A stretch of DNA of 64,000 bases from Oxalobacter sp. (lineage in GTDB: Bacteria; Pseudomonadota; Gammaproteobacteria; Burkholderiales; Burkholderiaceae_D), in contig CAVERB010000101.1 in assembly GCA_963618105.1 (NCBI GenBank), positions 884 through 64,883 on the forward strand. The letters are read 5' to 3'. Shown in pieces: positions 55,716-64,000 of this stretch. Below the pieces are notes generated by a model, which saw nothing but the letters and a program-made list of their open reading frames with translations, was not told the DNA's origin and did no database searches. The number at the start of each line of letters is the position of its first letter. The stretch's first letter is position 1. Made by a program: the position numbers and the translations under genes.

Positions 55716-56777
55716 CTATTTCGTGCATTTTCTGACAAAATCTGCCAAACCACCACTAACCAGCGTTTTGTTGTCAACGATACCTTTTTCCGTGATAAGG
55801 GCTGTCACCAGTTCTGCAGGGGTCACATCGAAAGCCGGGTTCCGAATGGCGACACCTTCAGGGGCCCAATGACATTCCCGGTAGCCTTTGACTTCATCTG
55901 CCGGTCTTTCTTCAATTGGGATTGCCTTGCCATCCGGCAAAGACAGGTCAATGGTGGACAGCGGACAGGCAACATAAAATGGGATATTGTGCCGTTTTGC
56001 CAGAACTGCCACCATATAGGTGCCGATTTTATTGGCAACATCCCCATTGGCGGCAACGCGGTCGGTGCCGACAACAACCGCATCGATTTCCCCCTGACTC
56101 ATCAGATAGCCGGACATATTATCTGTAATCAGGGTGACAGGAATCTTCTCTTGCACCATTTCCCATGCCGTCAGGCGTGCCCCTTGCAGGAAGGGACGGG
56201 TTTCATCGGCGAAGACGGAAATTCGCTTGCCTGATTCAACTGCTGAACGGAAAACACCCAAAGCAGTTCCATGACCGGCGGTTGCCAATGCACCTGCATT
56301 GCAGTGGGTCAGGACATGCATCCCATCAGCCAATAGGGATGCGCCATAAGCCCCCATTTGACGGTTGGCCTGTATATCTTCTTCCAGAATGGCATGAGCT
56401 TCCTGGAGCAGGGTTTCCGCAAGGGAAGTCTGAGACAGAGATCTGTTGCTTTCCCAAAGCCTGTGCATACGGTCCAGTGCCCAGAACAGGTTGACAGCGG
56501 TTGGTCGGCTTGCCGCCAATATCCTGAAACTGTTTTCCAACTGCCTGGTGAAAGACTCAGCAGGCTCCGCCGCCAACCGCTTCGCTTCCAGGACCACACC
56601 ATAAGCGGCAGCGACACCGATGGCAGGCGCTCCTCTGACGACCATGGTACGGATAGCTTTGGCGACACCTTTGGCGGAATCATAGGCAGGATAGGCAATT
56701 TGCTGAGGCAGCAGACGCTGGTCAATCATCTCAATTTGGCTGCCGTTCCAGCGTAGGGTTTCTACATGCTTGCCCAT
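55716..56777 (-). CDS. mtnA: S-methyl-5-thioribose-1-phosphate isomerase
   Basis: [45 protein letters not shown] and [19 protein letters not shown]. Confidence 0.9.
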   Translation of the reverse strand: MGKHVETLRWNGSQIEMIDQRLLPQQIAYPAYDSAKGVAKAIRTMVVRGAPAIGVAAAYGVVLEAKRLAAEPAESFTRQLENSFRILAASRPTAVNLFWALDRMHRLWESNRSLSQTSLAETLLQEAHAILEEDIQANRQMGAYGASLLADGMHVLTHCNAGALATAGHGTALGVFRSAVESGKRISVFADETRPFLQGARLTAWEMVQEKIPVTLITDNMSGYLMSQGEIDAVVVGTDRVAANGDVANKIGTYMVAVLAKRHNIPFYVACPLSTIDLSLPDGKAIPIEERPADEVKGYRECHWAPEGVAIRNPAFDVTPAELVTALITEKGIVDNKTLVSGGLADFVRKCTK

Positions 56778-56779
56778 TA

Positions 56780-57313
56780 TCAGTCCCCTTCAAATTGGCA
56801 GAGCACATAAGAAGGACAACCGATGGCAGACAGTCTCTCTATGCCTTTAAGGCCAGGCAGTCCGATGATGAAAGCACTTTCTATGACGTTACCGCCACAG
56901 CGGCGGATAAGTTTGATTGCCGCCTCTGCCGTTCCGCCTGTTGCAATCAGGTCGTCAACCAACAGTACCCGTTCACCAGGAAGGATCGCATCAGTATGGA
57001 TTTCAAGCGTATTGCTGCCATATTCCAAGTCATAATTTTCCCTGATGACCGCTCCCGGCAGTTTACCTTTCTTGCGGATAAGCACCAGTCCTGCACCGAG
57101 GAGATATGCCAATGGCGCACCAACGACAAATCCCCGGGAATCAATGGTGGCGATGCGGTCAATCTCTTGCTTCCGGTAATGTTCCACAAGCTGGTCAATG
57201 GCTGTTTTAAATCCTTCTGGATTGTTCAACAGGGTTGTGATGTCCCGGAACAGAATTCCTTTTTTCGGATAGTCAGGAATGGTGCGGATGAAATCGGTCA
57301 GTTGCTTTGCCAT
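56780..57313 (-). CDS. apt: adenine phosphoribosyltransferase
   Basis: [34 protein letters not shown] and [14 protein letters not shown] (PRPP motif). Confidence 0.93.
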   Translation of the reverse strand: MAKQLTDFIRTIPDYPKKGILFRDITTLLNNPEGFKTAIDQLVEHYRKQEIDRIATIDSRGFVVGAPLAYLLGAGLVLIRKKGKLPGAVIRENYDLEYGSNTLEIHTDAILPGERVLLVDDLIATGGTAEAAIKLIRRCGGNVIESAFIIGLPGLKGIERLSAIGCPSYVLCQFEGD

Positions 57314-57327
57314 AGGAAGCCTTATTG

Positions 57328-57963
57328 TTATCGTTTAAAGTAATCCTTGAACTTTTCATGGACAGCGGACATCTGTTCCTCATTGAGTAACGGCACTTTG
57401 CCGGTCTGAAGCAGCCGCCAGTATTGTTCACAAAGCGATTCAGCTTCAACCGTGACAGCCAGTGCATGATCAAGGTTGTAGCCTGCTGTCAGCAAACCGT
57501 GATGCGCCAGCAGACAGGCATAGCCTTTGCCGAGTGCCGCCACGGCAGCATCCGACAGCGTTTGGGTACCGAATAACGCATAAGGAGCGCATGGAATGGT
57601 GTTTCCTCCAGTTACAGCGATCATGTAATGGAATGGCGGGACATCCTGTTCCAGGCAGGCGACCGTTGTCGCAAAAGTCGAATGGGTATGCACTACTGCA
57701 TGGATGTCTGGTCGGGCAAGATAGACATCACGGTGTATCCGCCATTCGCTGCTTGGCTTTTTTCCCTCAAGCAGGTTGCCTGCCATATCCATCAGGCAGA
57801 TATCCTCAACAGACATCCGATAGGGATCAATGCCGCTGGGCGTGATGAAAAAGCCATGTTGTCCATGCCGTAAGCTGATATTGCCGCTTGCACCACGGTT
57901 GATGCCATCTGCGACCAATCTACGGCTGGTTTCGACAAGCTGATTCTGTTTTGTCATCAACAT
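57328..57963 (-). CDS. class II aldolase, FucA-like (candidate 5-methylthioribulose-1-phosphate / 5-deoxyribulose-1-phosphate aldolase; MtnB dehydratase not excluded)
   Basis: GASGNISLR, KKPSSEWRIHRDVY, AVVHTHS, FHYMIAVTGGNTIPCAPYALFGT, LLAHHGLLT and EKFKDYF are very close to E. coli FucA blocks (KLPSSEWRFH, IHYMIAAAGGNSIPCAPYATFGT). It sits between mtnP and apt-mtnA. Confidence 0.75.
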   Translation of the reverse strand: MLMTKQNQLVETSRRLVADGINRGASGNISLRHGQHGFFITPSGIDPYRMSVEDICLMDMAGNLLEGKKPSSEWRIHRDVYLARPDIHAVVHTHSTFATTVACLEQDVPPFHYMIAVTGGNTIPCAPYALFGTQTLSDAAVAALGKGYACLLAHHGLLTAGYNLDHALAVTVEAESLCEQYWRLLQTGKVPLLNEEQMSAVHEKFKDYFKR

Positions 57964-57965
57964 GG

Positions 57966-58829
57966 TTAGTCTTTGAGGATTCGTCCGGCGACAGCATCCA
58001 GTTTCTTCAGCAGTTCAGGATCCCGGCAGTCCGGTGCGGTGATCAGTGCGGAATCCAACGCATGATGGCAAGAACAGTTGGAACCAGAATGGTCTTTCAG
58101 GATAGCAGGAATGACCGCTTGCAACAGTTTCTGGGCTTTGATGGCATTACCGGAGAAAGTCTCGATAATTTGCTGGACGGTGACATGGTCATGGTTGGGA
58201 TGCCAGCAGTCATAATCTGTGACCATGGCAACCGTGGTATAGCAGATTTCCGCTTCTCGGGCGAGTTTGGCTTCAGGGATATTCGTCATCCCAATCACAT
58301 CACATCCCCAACTGCGATACATCTGGGATTCTGCATAAGTCGAAAACTGCGGGCCTTCCATTGCCAGGTAAGTCCCTCCCATGACGGAATCAATTCCGAG
58401 TGTCTGTGCTGTCTCATAGACAGTCTTTGCCAGACGATTGCAGATGGGATGCGCCATTGAAACATGGGCAACACAGCCCTTGCCAAAAAAAGAACGGGGA
58501 CGGGAAACCGTACGGTCAATGAACTGGTCAACAATCACGAACATCCCCGGTTTCAGGTCTTCCCGTAAAGAACCGACCGCACTGACAGAAACCAGGTCTG
58601 TTACTCCAACCCGTTTCAGAACATCAATATTCGCCGGATAATTGATATCACTCGGAGACAATCGATGTCCCCTGCCATGCCGTGGCAGAAAAACCAGCTG
58701 TTCACCGTTGAACTGTCCGAAAAGCAGGTCATCAGAAGGTTTACCGAAAGGAGAAGGGACTTTTTCCCAATGCGTGTCTGTCAGTCCCTCAAGGTTATAA
58801 ATTCCGCTTCCACCGATAATGCTCAGCAT
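57966..58829 (-). CDS. mtnP: S-methyl-5'-thioadenosine phosphorylase
   Basis: LSIIGGSGIY, LPRHGRGHRLSPSDINYPANI, AVGSLRE, YLAMEGPQFST, GCDVIGMT and VTDYDCW. Confidence 0.9.
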   Translation of the reverse strand: MLSIIGGSGIYNLEGLTDTHWEKVPSPFGKPSDDLLFGQFNGEQLVFLPRHGRGHRLSPSDINYPANIDVLKRVGVTDLVSVSAVGSLREDLKPGMFVIVDQFIDRTVSRPRSFFGKGCVAHVSMAHPICNRLAKTVYETAQTLGIDSVMGGTYLAMEGPQFSTYAESQMYRSWGCDVIGMTNIPEAKLAREAEICYTTVAMVTDYDCWHPNHDHVTVQQIIETFSGNAIKAQKLLQAVIPAILKDHSGSNCSCHHALDSALITAPDCRDPELLKKLDAVAGRILKD

Positions 58830-58858
58830 AGACGTTCCCTGTTTGATTGCAACATATT

Positions 58859-58887
58859 ATTATCAAATGGCAGGCATGTTTATGCAA
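58859..58887 (-). promoter_or_regulatory. sigma70-type promoter candidate for the mtnP operon
   Basis: The minus strand reads TTGCAT (58887-58882), a 17-nt spacer, then GATAAT (58864-58859), about 30 nt upstream of the mtnP ATG. Confidence 0.45.
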
Positions 58888-58916
58888 CAGTTTGGAAAGA
58901 CGGATTCAGCAGGCAA

Positions 58917-58948
58917 CAAAAAACGGCCTGATGGAAAATCAGACCGTT
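58917..58948 (-). terminator. rho-independent terminator of argG
   Basis: The minus-strand RNA reads AACGGUCUGAU-UUUCC-AUCAGGCCGUU followed by UUUUG, an 11-bp stem with one G-U pair that only forms on the minus transcript. It lies 24 nt after the argG stop. Confidence 0.65.
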
Positions 58949-58971
58949 CAGATTGAAAAGCAAGGAACCTC

Positions 58972-60198
58972 TTATTTCCTGTTGCGGACATTCGCCGCAA
59001 TGCGCATACGCAAGGCATTCAGTTTGATAAAACCGTTTGCATCTTTCTGGTCGTATGCACCGGCATCATCTTCAAACGTGGCAATCGTCGTATCAAACAG
59101 GGAATCCTTTGCCGAATCGCGGCCAACGACAATGACATTACCCTTGTACAGTTTGATACGGACAGTCCCGTTGACATGTTCCTGGGTGTGGTCAATCAGG
59201 GTCTGCAAGGCAACCCGTTCAGGAGACCACCAATAACCATTGTAGATCATGGAGGCATAACGGGGCATCAGCTCATCCTTCAGATGGGCGACTTCACGGT
59301 CCAGACAGATGGATTCAATTGCCCGGTGGGCTTTCAACATAATGGTGCCCCCTGGCGTTTCATAACAGCCACGGGATTTCATGCCGACATACCGGTTTTC
59401 GACCAGATCCAGGCGGCCGATGCCATGCTTGCAGCCCAGGCGGTTCAGTTCCATCAGGACAGAAGCAGGAGACATCTGTTTGCCGTTCAGAGCAACGATA
59501 TCGCCTTTGGCGTATTCAATATCCAGATATTCCGGCTGATCTGGCGCTTCTTCAGGGCTGCAAGTCCAGCGCCACATGGAAGTCTCTGGTTCCGCATTCG
59601 GATTTTCCAGATAACGTCCTTCATAGCTGATATGCAGCATATTGGCGTCCATGGAATAAGGCGCACCGCCCTGTTTATGCTTCATCTCGATTTCGATGCC
59701 AGCGGCCTCAGCATAAGCCAGCAGCTTTTCACGGGAAGTCAAATCCCATTCACGCCATGGGGCGATGACCTTGACATTTGGCATCAAGGCATAGGCGCCC
59801 AGCTCAAAACGGACCTGGTCATTGCCCTTGCCGGTTGCACCATGAGAAATGGCGTCAGCACCAGTCAGTTTTGCAATCTCAATCAAGCGTTTTGCAATCA
59901 AAGGGCGGGCGATACTGGTACCCAGCAGATATTCCCCTTCATAAATCGTATTTGCCCGGAACATCGGGAAGACAAAATCACGGACAAATTCTTCACGCAG
60001 GTCATCAATGAAGATGTTTTCTGGTTTGATGCCGAATTTCAATGCTTTCTGTCGGGCAGGTTCCAGCTCTTCGCCCTGTCCCAAGTCCGCAGTGAAGGTG
60101 ACAACTTCACACTGGTAAGTGTCTTGCAGCCATTTCAGAATAACAGAAGTGTCCAGTCCACCCGAATAGGCGAGGACAACTTTCTTGATGTCGCTCAT
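58972..60198 (-). CDS. argG: argininosuccinate synthase
   Basis: [33 protein letters not shown] and [25 protein letters not shown]. Confidence 0.95.
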   Translation of the reverse strand: MSDIKKVVLAYSGGLDTSVILKWLQDTYQCEVVTFTADLGQGEELEPARQKALKFGIKPENIFIDDLREEFVRDFVFPMFRANTIYEGEYLLGTSIARPLIAKRLIEIAKLTGADAISHGATGKGNDQVRFELGAYALMPNVKVIAPWREWDLTSREKLLAYAEAAGIEIEMKHKQGGAPYSMDANMLHISYEGRYLENPNAEPETSMWRWTCSPEEAPDQPEYLDIEYAKGDIVALNGKQMSPASVLMELNRLGCKHGIGRLDLVENRYVGMKSRGCYETPGGTIMLKAHRAIESICLDREVAHLKDELMPRYASMIYNGYWWSPERVALQTLIDHTQEHVNGTVRIKLYKGNVIVVGRDSAKDSLFDTTIATFEDDAGAYDQKDANGFIKLNALRMRIAANVRNRK

Positions 60199-60321
60199 AG
60201 TTTTCTTTCGTATCGTTCAGTTGAATTGTATGCAGATAGGATATGGCAGACACAACATGTCCTGCCGATTTTTCAACAAGCACATTTTATGCCGATTCGA
60301 TTGAAACGGAAATATGCCATT

Positions 60322-60366
60322 GTCCAAAAACAGAAATTCCCCTGTGACTGAACTAGACAGGGGAAT
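60322..60366 (-). terminator. rho-independent terminator of argF
   Basis: A 10-bp stem ATTCCCCTGT (60336-60345) / ACAGGGGAAT (60357-60366) with an 11-nt loop. The minus transcript continues UUCUGUUUUUGG. It begins 12 nt after the argF stop. Confidence 0.6.
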
Positions 60367-60377
60367 CCCACGCTTTT

Positions 60378-61292
60378 TTATTCGACTTTGCCTTTGACGA
60401 AATATTCTAACAAGGCTTTCTGGACATGCAGGCGGTTCTCCGCCTCATCCCAAACCACGGACTGTGGACCATCAATGACTTCTGCCTCAACCTCCTCACC
60501 GCGATGGGCGGGCAGACAATGCATGAACAGGGCGTCAGGTTTGGCGCGCGCCATCTTTGCGGCATCCACATTCCAGCCAGCAAAGGCTTTCTTGCGGATT
60601 TCATTTTCTTCTTCCCAGCCCATGCTGGTCCAGACATCGGTCGTAACCAGGTCTGCACCTTCGCAGGCATCGGATGGATCGTCAAACAAGGTGAAATGGC
60701 TATGGTCTTTGGACACCCAGTTGTAATCAATATCATACCCCTTTGGCGTAGAAACATTGACATGAAAGCCAAAGACTTCTGCTGCCTGCAGCCAGGAATA
60801 CAGCATATTGTTGGCATCACCGATCCAGGTCACGGTCTTGCCCTTGATGGACCCTCGGTGCTCAATATAAGTGAATACATCGGCAAAGACCTGGCAAGGA
60901 TGATGTTCATCCGTCAGCCCATTGATGACAGGAACCCGGGAATTCGCGGCAAAACGTTCAATGATTTCCTGACCGAAAGTCCTGATCATGATGATGTCAG
61001 ACATGCGTGACATGACTTGTGCGGCGTCTTCAATCGGTTCACCTCTGCCCAGCTGGCTGTCGCGGGTGTTCAGATAGACGGCAGTGCCGCCCAGTTGATG
61101 CATACCTGCTTCAAAAGACAGGCGGGTACGAGTCGAGTTCTTTTCAAAAACCATCACCAATGTCCGGTCAAGGAGCGGGTGGTAAGTTTCAAAATTCTTG
61201 AACTTCTTCTTAATGATACTGGCACGTTCAATCAGATATTCGTATTCGGCCAGTGTTAAATCGGAAAACTGCAGGTAATGTTTGATTGCCAT
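60378..61292 (-). CDS. argF: ornithine carbamoyltransferase
   Basis: FEKNSTRTRLSFE (STRTR carbamoyl-phosphate motif), HPCQVFAD (HPxQ), TWIGDANN, DVWTSMG and FMHCLPAHRGEE (HCLP). Confidence 0.93.
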   Translation of the reverse strand: MAIKHYLQFSDLTLAEYEYLIERASIIKKKFKNFETYHPLLDRTLVMVFEKNSTRTRLSFEAGMHQLGGTAVYLNTRDSQLGRGEPIEDAAQVMSRMSDIIMIRTFGQEIIERFAANSRVPVINGLTDEHHPCQVFADVFTYIEHRGSIKGKTVTWIGDANNMLYSWLQAAEVFGFHVNVSTPKGYDIDYNWVSKDHSHFTLFDDPSDACEGADLVTTDVWTSMGWEEENEIRKKAFAGWNVDAAKMARAKPDALFMHCLPAHRGEEVEAEVIDGPQSVVWDEAENRLHVQKALLEYFVKGKVE

Positions 61293-61301
61293 ATTATGCT
61301 C

Positions 61302-61323
61302 TAGACGGGTAATTTGCCGTCTA
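61302..61323 (-). promoter_or_regulatory. 7-bp inverted repeat in the argF 5' UTR (operator or RBS-proximal hairpin candidate)
   Basis: TAGACGG (61302-61308), an 8-nt spacer, then CCGTCTA (61317-61323). It lies between the candidate -10 and the argF ATG (61292), and its proximal arm ends 9 nt from the start codon. Confidence 0.3.
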
Positions 61324-61342
61324 TAAAAACGGTTAATCTTTG

Positions 61343-61371
61343 ATTATATGTGATTTTTTGTTTTTTTGAAA
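61343..61371 (-). promoter_or_regulatory. sigma70-type promoter candidate for argF
   Basis: The minus strand reads TTTCAA (61371-61366), a 17-nt A-rich spacer, then TATAAT (61348-61343). Confidence 0.5.
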
Positions 61372-61464
61372 GAGTAAACAACCTCAACCCTGTAACTTCA
61401 TCGACAGGGTCAACATCAGGCAGCACTGTCACTGGCGGTGCCATACCGAAACTGGGGAAAAGGG

Positions 61465-62751
61465 TCAACAGGCATCAGGCTGCGCTACATCCACTTTCTT
61501 GATCTTGCCAAATTTCATTTCAATGATGGCGTCCGATGCCGCATCAACGCGCGCATCATGCAGGAAACGCTGCAGGTCGATCTCATAGGCCTCATTCCCC
61601 ATCGACTGGATAATGGCACCGACATTCACCCTGCGAACCGCGTCAAGGATGATCGACCAATATTCCCGTTGGGGGAAAGGAATGAATTCCGTACTCCTGT
61701 CTCCGTATCCCCGTCCCCTCAGATCACATTCTGTTGCGTCAATCACATATTTGAACCGTTCTGGCCGACGGAAAGCATCACAGCGTTCCAGAACCATGAC
61801 CGCCAGTTTGGAAGGCAGTTCAATGCTGCGGCGGATAAATCCATGTTCGCGGGCAATCATCACCGCCACTTCCCGATAGAAGGTGGAGACATGCAGGCGG
61901 CGGCAGACCTTGTCAACAATCACGGCTCCCCGTTCCTCATGGGCACGGTGATGTGGCCATTGGTTGAAAGGCGTTGTCCCCTTGCCCAGGTCATGCAACA
62001 GAACGCCAAACCGGACAGGCAACGGATAGTTTTTCTTGGCGGCATAGTCAATCGCCAGCATCGTATGCCTGTCGGCATAGATTTCAGGATGGTAGTTCTC
62101 AGGCTGGGGGACATCCCATAGCGCCTCAATCTCGGGGAAAATACGCGCCAAAGCACCGCAGTCATGCAGCAAATCAATCATCCGGGAAGGTTTTTCTTCC
62201 ATCAGACCGACAGACAGTTCTTTCCAAATGCGTTCTGGCACCAAGGCATCCACCTCGCCACTTTCCACCATTGATTTCATGATTTTCATGGTTTCCGGCG
62301 CAACCGTGAAATCTGTATAACGGGCGGCAAAACGGGCAAGTCTCAGAATACGGACAGGATCTTCACGGAATGCTCTGGAAACATGCCGAAAAACTTTGGC
62401 TTTAATGTCTTTCTGACCACCAAAAGGATCAATAATGTTGCCATTGACATCCATCGCCATTGCATTGATGGTCAAGTCCCGCCGGCTGAGGTCTTCTTCC
62501 AGTGTGACCGTTGGGTCTGAATGGACAACAAACCCCTTGTAACCGGGGGCGACTTTCCGTTCAGTCCGTGCCAGCGCATATTCCTCTTTGGTTTCTGGAT
62601 GCAGGAAGACGGGAAATTCCTTGCCGACAGGCTTGTAGCCAAGCGAAAGCATTTCCTCGGCAGTAGAACCCACCACGACATAATCCCTGTCATGGATCGG
62701 ACGGTTCATGATGATGTCGCGGACACCACCACCAACATTATAGATTTCCAT
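61465..62751 (-). CDS. cca: multifunctional CCA-adding tRNA nucleotidyltransferase with HD phosphohydrolase domain
   Basis: IYNVGGGVRDIIMNRPIHDRDYVVVG, YALARTERK, RDLTINAMA, and the HD domain (LLHDLGKGTTP...HHRAHEERG). Confidence 0.9.
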   Translation of the reverse strand: MEIYNVGGGVRDIIMNRPIHDRDYVVVGSTAEEMLSLGYKPVGKEFPVFLHPETKEEYALARTERKVAPGYKGFVVHSDPTVTLEEDLSRRDLTINAMAMDVNGNIIDPFGGQKDIKAKVFRHVSRAFREDPVRILRLARFAARYTDFTVAPETMKIMKSMVESGEVDALVPERIWKELSVGLMEEKPSRMIDLLHDCGALARIFPEIEALWDVPQPENYHPEIYADRHTMLAIDYAAKKNYPLPVRFGVLLHDLGKGTTPFNQWPHHRAHEERGAVIVDKVCRRLHVSTFYREVAVMIAREHGFIRRSIELPSKLAVMVLERCDAFRRPERFKYVIDATECDLRGRGYGDRSTEFIPFPQREYWSIILDAVRRVNVGAIIQSMGNEAYEIDLQRFLHDARVDAASDAIIEMKFGKIKKVDVAQPDAC

Positions 62752-62895
62752 AATTCCCCTGTTTCTTATTATTGGTCATCAGGGACGGGACCGGGTTGAT
62801 ACGGGTAGCATCTTCCCTGTTATCCCGATAGCAATTCAATTCTCTTTTTTCAGACTTTCCTGTTTAGATTATATAGTGTTTCAAGGCCCCTTGCT

Positions 62896-64000
62896 TCAAG
62901 GGGCAATGGTTCCCAGACGTTTCTTCAGGGACTGCGTATGGCTGCCCAGCTCACCAGCATAGCAGGTGGCATTGAACAGCACATTCTTTACGTAATCTCG
63001 AGTTTCCTGAAAGGGAATTGATTCCGCAAAAATTGCCCCCTCAACAGCACGGGGCAATGTGGATTTCCAGCGTTTTGGTCGTCCAGGACCAGCGTTATAA
63101 CCTGCACTTGCCATCGCCTGTGAGCCTTGCAGGTCGTTCAGCATCATATCCAGATAAGCAGAACCCAGCTTGATGTTAGTTTCCATGTCGGTGATTTTCC
63201 CGGGATGATAATCTGTCATGCCAATCCGTTTGGCAACATATTTCGCTGTGGCAGGCATCAGCTGCATCAGCCCCTGTGCCCCGGCACTGGACCTTGCCAC
63301 AATCACAAAACGGGACTCCTGACGGACCAGTCCATAGACCCAAGCCAGATCCAGTCCGAGATCATCTGCCGCTGATTCAAAATAATCACGGTAAGGCGTT
63401 GGGAAACGCTGGGAAATCACCACCGTATTTTTGGTACGGTCAGAAGTATTGATCATTCTGTCAATCCTGCCAATTTTCTGACCCAGCTCTGCGGCGACAA
63501 TCAGCTCCCGGTCTTCTTTCATCTTGCGCAGCTGCCAGTTCCATTCACGAACTGCCTCAAACTGCCAATTCATTGCATAGAACTTGCGGGCGAGAATCAT
63601 CGTTTCCGCCATCTGTTCGACTTCACTGTTGGAGACATGGTAACTGCTGGCAGGAACCACAACCCAGCCGTTCAGTTCCTCTTCCGCCAGCATCCCATAG
63701 AACGAATGTTCTTTCTCAATAGACTTGAACAGGAGATTGGCATCATGTCGTTCCCCCAGTGCTTTCAATGCACGACCTTTCCAATAAACCCAGGCGGGAC
63801 TGCGTTTCAGAAAATCCGGCATCAATGCAATCCCGTCCAGGACAAGCTGCCAGTCTTCGTTGCGCAGAGCTGTCCGGATACGCCATTCATGGGCGTACGG
63901 GGAAATATTGCTGGTGTTCCTGGCTTTCTTCCAGTAATCAATCGCTTCAGGTTCCAAGTCAATGGCAGAATGCAATGCAATGAAACTCCAGCCAAGGGCC
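62896..64000 (-). CDS. slt: soluble lytic murein transglycosylase (Slt70-like), C-terminal part; the N-terminus lies right of the window
   Basis: SLT catalytic domain (VYGLVRQESRFVIVARSSAGAQGLMQLMP...AYLDMMLN...ASAGYNAGPGR), preceded by superhelical U/L-domain repeats. The frame stays open beyond the TTG at 63975 to the window end. Confidence 0.8.
   Translation of the reverse strand, partial: ALGWSFIALHSAIDLEPEAIDYWKKARNTSNISPYAHEWRIRTALRNEDWQLVLDGIALMPDFLKRSPAWVYWKGRALKALGERHDANLLFKSIEKEHSFYGMLAEEELNGWVVVPASSYHVSNSEVEQMAETMILARKFYAMNWQFEAVREWNWQLRKMKEDRELIVAAELGQKIGRIDRMINTSDRTKNTVVISQRFPTPYRDYFESAADDLGLDLAWVYGLVRQESRFVIVARSSAGAQGLMQLMPATAKYVAKRIGMTDYHPGKITDMETNIKLGSAYLDMMLNDLQGSQAMASAGYNAGPGRPKRWKSTLPRAVEGAIFAESIPFQETRDYVKNVLFNATCYAGELGSHTQSLKKRLGTIAP

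Noticed and set aside
61302-61323. Resemblance of GCCGTCTA / TAGACGG to the Neisseria DNA uptake sequence core (GCCGTCTGAA), arranged as an inverted pair.
   Set aside because: The match is incomplete. By eye the 7-mer CCGTCTG/CAGACGG occurs about a dozen times in 64 kb, close to the random expectation of about 8, mostly inside genes and in varied contexts. There is no DUS-like enrichment.
58836-62762. The recurrent TTCCC(C)TGTT motif at 58836, 60337, 62755 and 62812, which might be a repeated element.
   Set aside because: On the minus strand, the copies just upstream of mtnP and cca read AACAGGG(G)AA, that is, ordinary Shine-Dalgarno regions. The copy at 60337 is a terminator arm. There is no extended shared flanking sequence.
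62886-62904. The GCCCCTTG-CTT-CAAGGGGC hairpin overlapping the slt stop codon, and the ACCCTGT/ACAGGGT hairpin (61387-61410) after cca.
   Set aside because: Both lack a convincing U-tract on the relevant (minus) transcript, and the first has a 3-nt loop. They may be weak terminators, but the evidence is not strong enough to list them as features.
1-64000. A scan for CRISPR arrays, IS/transposase or integrase genes, tRNA/rRNA/tmRNA genes, toxin-antitoxin pairs and defence-system hallmarks.
   Set aside because: Nothing was found. Every intergenic gap is at most 335 nt and is accounted for by promoters, leaders or terminators. There is no direct-repeat/spacer periodicity and no nuclease, helicase or methylase cluster. 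The window looks like ordinary core chromosome.

Overview
The window reads as chromosomal core genome with no mobile DNA. Gene content and synteny suggest a betaproteobacterium: the short-type gshA next to gshB and a permease-less EIIA-HPr-EI set, metX-metW, ttcA, tamAB, and yhdP-nit-tldD. This taxonomic call is an inference.

I can support about 56 protein-coding genes, two of them partial at the window edges (mnmE on the left, slt on the right). Almost all are housekeeping:
- Arginine: argD, argG, argF.
- Cell wall: glmU, murB, ampG, slt.
- Glutathione: gshAB.
- Methionine synthesis and salvage: metXW and an mtnP-aldolase-apt-mtnA cluster.
- Envelope biogenesis: tamAB, yhdP, ctp.
- Others: grxC-secB-gpsA, glnE, tldD, aroG, cca.

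I found no rRNA, tRNA, CRISPR array, IS element, integrase or phage gene.

The most interesting content is cis-regulatory RNA:
1. A textbook Phe-codon leader peptide and attenuator in front of the DAHP synthase gene.
2. A leader with the signature of a yybP-ykoY (Mn2+) riboswitch in front of a PMCA-type P-type ATPase.
3. A structured, terminator-containing leader of unidentified class in front of metX.

I also flag a DHAP-shunt-like MTA salvage operon, a small secreted protein built from six 11-residue repeats, a translationally coupled HDAC-rbgA-unknown-mini-asparaginase operon, and a small lower-GC patch of secreted or orphan genes next to pyrE.

I did not find a convincing, clearly novel multi-gene system. 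The uncharacterised gene patches are reported as candidates only. All protein calls rest on motif recognition from the supplied translations and gene context; no database search was run.
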